A stretch of DNA of 32,000 bases from Breznakia sp. PF5-3 (GTDB lineage Bacteria > Bacillota_I > Bacilli_A > Erysipelotrichales > Erysipelotrichaceae). The stretch lies in contig NZ_JAQFIQ010000016.1 of NCBI RefSeq assembly GCF_029504745.1, forward strand, positions 1-32,000, given 5' to 3'. The translations under genes and the position numbers were made by a program. The notes under the pieces are model-generated. The model searched no databases. It had not been told where the DNA came from and saw only the letters and a list, made by a program, of their open reading frames with translations. Positions 28,720-32,000 of this stretch are shown here, in pieces (the stretch's first letter is position 1; every line of letters starts with the position of its first letter).

Positions 28720-29319
28720 ATGAAAAATAAATTTATAAGAACAATACTTGGTTTATTTGTAGCCGTTAATTTAGCAGGTTTTGGTGCAGCTATCATGGTT
28801 CAAAGTGGTTTGGGTAGTGATCCGATTACCGTTTTTATTGATGGTTTACATCATACATTAGGAATCTCACTTGGCTGGGGGTCAAGAATGTATAGTGTTA
28901 TAACATTGCTAATCGCTTTTATGATTGCTCGTAAAGATATAGGGTGGACGACAATTGTATTTACATTGAGTGTGGGCTTTACAATTGATTTCTATGATAT
29001 TCTTTTGAAAAATTTTCCTATTGCAGATGTTGCATTTGGTTATCGTCTTCTATGCGTGTGTTTAGGCCAGGTGTGTTTGGGTGTTGCCTATGCGATACTG
29101 ATTCTTTTCCGTAATGGAATGAATCAATTGGAAGCGATATCCTATTATGTCAGTGATAAGCTAAATACTAAATTTGTTTATGTGAGAACAACTTTTGATG
29201 TCATCTTTTTAATAATTGGAAAATTGCTTGGAGGTATAGTAGGTATAGGGTCTATCATTGCAATGTGTACAACCGGCTTTATTGTGAATATGATTTTAAA
29301 AATTATGCATTACGAATAA
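28720..29319 (+). CDS. YczE/YitT-like integral membrane protein, paralogue 2
   Basis: 199 aa, collinear with paralogue 1. The C-terminal 30 aa are almost identical (GGIVGIGSIIAMCTTG..VNM.LKIMHYE). Confidence 0.6.
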   Translation: MKNKFIRTILGLFVAVNLAGFGAAIMVQSGLGSDPITVFIDGLHHTLGISLGWGSRMYSVITLLIAFMIARKDIGWTTIVFTLSVGFTIDFYDILLKNFPIADVAFGYRLLCVCLGQVCLGVAYAILILFRNGMNQLEAISYYVSDKLNTKFVYVRTTFDVIFLIIGKLLGGIVGIGSIIAMCTTGFIVNMILKIMHYE

Positions 29320-29321
29320 AA

Positions 29322-29355
29322 ATAACAATAATTGAATATATTGTTATTTTTATTT
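29322..29355 (+). terminator. Rho-independent terminator
   Basis: ATAACAAT-(10 nt)-ATTGTTAT followed by TTTTATTTT. The stem is AT-rich. Confidence 0.5.
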
Positions 29356-29463
29356 TATAAAAGAGGGTTCTCTTTATTGGTATTTCTAATAAGAAAGAAG
29401 TTGGGTAAAAGAAGAGGAATGTTTAAATTTATTACTTTATAAAATGTTGTATAATATAATCAT

Positions 29464-30969
29464 ATGAAATTAGTAAATGCAAAACAAATGCGTCAAATTG
29501 ATGAAGCTGCAATTCATAAATATCAAATACCAAGTTTAGAATTGATGGAAAATGCTGGACAGCAAGTGTACGAATCCATTATTCAACTTGTGAGTAAGAA
29601 GGACTTCATAGGTATTGTTTGTGGAATTGGAAACAATGCTGGTGATGGTTTTGTTGTCGCTAGAAAACTATATGATGATGGATATAATGTTGAGATATTA
29701 TCTATTGGTGAAGAAGCGAATATGAGTTTAGATTGTAAAGTGAATTACAACAAATGTACTACCTTAAGAATACCTTTTGTAGATTGTATGCAATCATGGG
29801 ATGTTGTAATAGATGCTATTTTTGGTACAGGTCTATCAAGAAATGTAGAAGGAGCGTATGCTTCGATTATTGAAAAGATAAATGCTTTATCAACAAAGGT
29901 GATAAGTATTGATATCGCTAGTGGTATTGATGCCGCTACTGGTCACATATTAGGGAGTGTTATAAAAGCAGATTATACATTGACTTTACAAACCGGAAAA
30001 ATTGGATTGTATATGTATCCTGGAAGAATATATAGTGGACATGTAGAAGTATTGGATATTGGGATTCCACAACAGTTAATTGATGAAATGGATAGTACAA
30101 TATATTTAATTGAGAAAAAAGATATGAAGTCATTACTACCAAGCCGTAGCATTCATTCTAATAAAGGCACCTATGGGAAAGTATTGTGTGTAGGCGGAAG
30201 TATGGAGATGAGTGGTGCTATTTCTTTGGCAGCACTTGCTGCGCTTCGCAGTGGTTGTGGAATGATTACTTGTGCAGTTCCAAAATGTATAAAAGATGTT
30301 GTTGCATGCAATGTGTTAGAAAGCATGAGAATTATTTTAAGTGATATAAATGGCCATATAGATAAACAAGCAGTAATAGAATTAAAGCCTAGACTATCTG
30401 CTTACAGTTGTTTGTTGATAGGTTGTGGTATAGGAAGAAGTAAAGATATAGAAGCAGTTTTAGAAGTACTACTAGATAGTGAACTTCCTTTAGTAATAGA
30501 TGCAGATGGAATTTTCGCATTGAAATCTTTATTACCTAAATATAAAGAACGAAAAAATATAATTATTACACCACATCTGATGGAGTTTGCTAGACTTGTA
30601 GATAAGGATATACAAGAAATTATTGATAATCCAATTCAAGAGGCACTTGCCTTCACTGAAAGATATCCCTATATTACACTTGTTCTAAAGAGTGAAACAT
30701 CTTTAGTTGTTCAAAATAGAAAAGTTTATGTAAATACTTATGGAAACAATGGACTAGCAAAAGGTGGTAGTGGAGATGTGTTAGCAGGAATAATTACAGG
30801 TCTTTATGCACAGAATAAGGATGCGTTAGCAGCGGCTACTCTAGGTGTTTTCCTACATGCGTATAGTGCGGATGTTTTACTGAATGAAAAAACCCTCTAT
30901 AGTATGATTCCAAGTGATATATTTATGCAAATTGATGATATAATAAAATCATTAGAGGAAGATTTATGA
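29464..30969 (+). CDS. nnr: Bifunctional NAD(P)H-hydrate repair enzyme Nnr (epimerase + ADP-dependent dehydratase)
   Basis: N-terminal YjeF_N motif GIGNNAGDGFVVAR. C-terminal carbohydrate-kinase-fold dehydratase with GGSGDVLAG. 501 aa. Confidence 0.9.
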   Translation: MKLVNAKQMRQIDEAAIHKYQIPSLELMENAGQQVYESIIQLVSKKDFIGIVCGIGNNAGDGFVVARKLYDDGYNVEILSIGEEANMSLDCKVNYNKCTTLRIPFVDCMQSWDVVIDAIFGTGLSRNVEGAYASIIEKINALSTKVISIDIASGIDAATGHILGSVIKADYTLTLQTGKIGLYMYPGRIYSGHVEVLDIGIPQQLIDEMDSTIYLIEKKDMKSLLPSRSIHSNKGTYGKVLCVGGSMEMSGAISLAALAALRSGCGMITCAVPKCIKDVVACNVLESMRIILSDINGHIDKQAVIELKPRLSAYSCLLIGCGIGRSKDIEAVLEVLLDSELPLVIDADGIFALKSLLPKYKERKNIIITPHLMEFARLVDKDIQEIIDNPIQEALAFTERYPYITLVLKSETSLVVQNRKVYVNTYGNNGLAKGGSGDVLAGIITGLYAQNKDALAAATLGVFLHAYSADVLLNEKTLYSMIPSDIFMQIDDIIKSLEEDL

Positions 30970-31868
30970 TTCATATTATTGCAATGGTACCATATCTAGA
31001 TAAAATTGAACGAGGTAAGGTTGATGAAAATCAACATTTTCATTTGCAATATACAACTTATCGTTTATCTAATGATGGATTACAAGTAGGACGTTATTTA
31101 AATACTCTAGGTGTTGATTATCAAGCATATGGTATAGTTGGAAAACAAGCATTAAAGTTTAAAGAGGATGATATGCATGCAATACAGATGGATGTTGAAA
31201 ATGGAATGCGGATATCATTTTACCAAGATGAAGAGTTGTGGCAACGTTTATATGATCCTCAACCTAGTTTAAGTGAAGATCAGTTAATGTTATATAAAAC
31301 AATTGTAGGAAGTAGTATTCATCAAGGGGATTTACTAGTGTTTGCAGATATGTTAGATACGTTATCTTTTGCTCAAGCAAAAGCCCTATATTGTGATTTA
31401 CGAAATAAAGCAAAGCTTTCTATATGGGCATTACCACCGATGTATTTATCAATGTTGAAAGATGCACCTTGTAATGTACTTGTTCAAGATCTTCAAAGTT
31501 TAAAGAAACATTTTAAGATTCAAAAAGAATTAAACCTTGTGGAAACGATACATCTTGTGAAACAAGAATTGTTATCGTTATCGAAAATTGTAATCTTAGG
31601 TGTTCGTAGTAATAAAATTTTAATTTTTGTTGGTGAAGATATATATAGCGCAGATTACAAAGTAGATGATCCAAAAGATAATGTTTATTATGCAGCAATG
31701 ATAAGTGGGGTACTATATTGTCATATCCAAAATGGTGACATAAAATGTTTGCTTGAAGAAGTACTTAGCTTAAGTGTTGGAGCAAGCTTATCTGGTGATT
31801 TGTATATACCTGAAAAGGAAGTTATAGCTAAGATTAAAGAAAAGATGGTGATTTCAAAATTGGTATAG
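30966..31868 (+). CDS. PfkB/1-phosphofructokinase-like protein with degenerate catalytic motifs (possible pseudo-kinase)
   Basis: Collinear by eye with FruK/LacC-type kinases (IAMVPYLD vs ITLNPxxD; VILGVRSNKILIF vs VVISLGxxGAL). It lacks the GKG and GAGD motifs. ATGA overlap with nnr. Confidence 0.4.
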   Translation: MIHIIAMVPYLDKIERGKVDENQHFHLQYTTYRLSNDGLQVGRYLNTLGVDYQAYGIVGKQALKFKEDDMHAIQMDVENGMRISFYQDEELWQRLYDPQPSLSEDQLMLYKTIVGSSIHQGDLLVFADMLDTLSFAQAKALYCDLRNKAKLSIWALPPMYLSMLKDAPCNVLVQDLQSLKKHFKIQKELNLVETIHLVKQELLSLSKIVILGVRSNKILIFVGEDIYSADYKVDDPKDNVYYAAMISGVLYCHIQNGDIKCLLEEVLSLSVGASLSGDLYIPEKEVIAKIKEKMVISKLV

Positions 31869-31919
31869 AGGGAGAATGTGATACGTAATAAAATAGTATG
31901 CATAAGGAGGGGCTTTTAA

Positions 31920-32000
31920 ATGACGAATCAACGAATTGAACATTCTATGAAAATTTTATTGTTGGCAGGAGATGCTAGAGCAAAGTGCATGGAAGCACTA
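31920..32000 (+). CDS. PTS lactose/cellobiose-family EIIA, N-terminal fragment (continues beyond the window)
   Basis: SD AAGGAGG (31904-31910). MTNQRIEHSMKILLLAGDARAKCMEAL parallels the EIIA at 23313 (IILHAGDARVSCKQAL). Confidence 0.7.
   Translation, partial: MTNQRIEHSMKILLLAGDARAKCMEAL

Overview
Chromosomal segment of a very AT-rich, low-GC Gram-positive bacterium (Bacillota). SD-led genes, TGnTATAAT extended -10 promoters and TGA used as a stop point to genetic code 11. The species cannot be determined from this window. I support about 28 protein genes and found no rRNA, tRNA, CRISPR array, IS element or integrase.

Gene order:
- broken Spx/ArsC-like remnant (-)
- ABC exporter, ST7/TPR-like protein, ZIP metal transporter + niaR, addB-addA
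- four-gene type VIIb LXG toxin cassette (Lap1-like, Lap2-like, LXG toxin, immunity candidate)
- MATE efflux gene with a leader uORF (-)
- malic enzyme / class-I fumarase alpha+beta / cutC operon (-)
- VanZ (-), and an ECF S-component-like gene (NiaX candidate) with a NiaR-box-like operator (-)
- LicR-type PRD activator (-), divergent from a PTS Lac/Cel EIIB-EIIC-EIIA operon that continues into three tandem GH1 phospho-beta-glucosidase paralogues and a YczE-like membrane protein
- second YczE-like paralogue, nnr, a degenerate PfkB-like protein, and the start of another PTS EIIA

Most interesting observation: all three GH1 paralogues have Gln instead of the catalytic acid/base Glu (NQIN instead of NEIN). 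The nucleophile and the 6-phosphate-binding motifs are intact. This is a myrosinase-like active-site configuration inside a PTS-dependent locus. It suggests an undescribed phospho-glycoside pathway (thio-glycoside or activated aglycone) that homology annotation would mislabel as cellobiose/aryl-glucoside utilisation.

Second: the LXG cassette carries a C-terminal toxin domain I cannot assign to a family.

All family calls come from reading motifs by eye. No database search was run.
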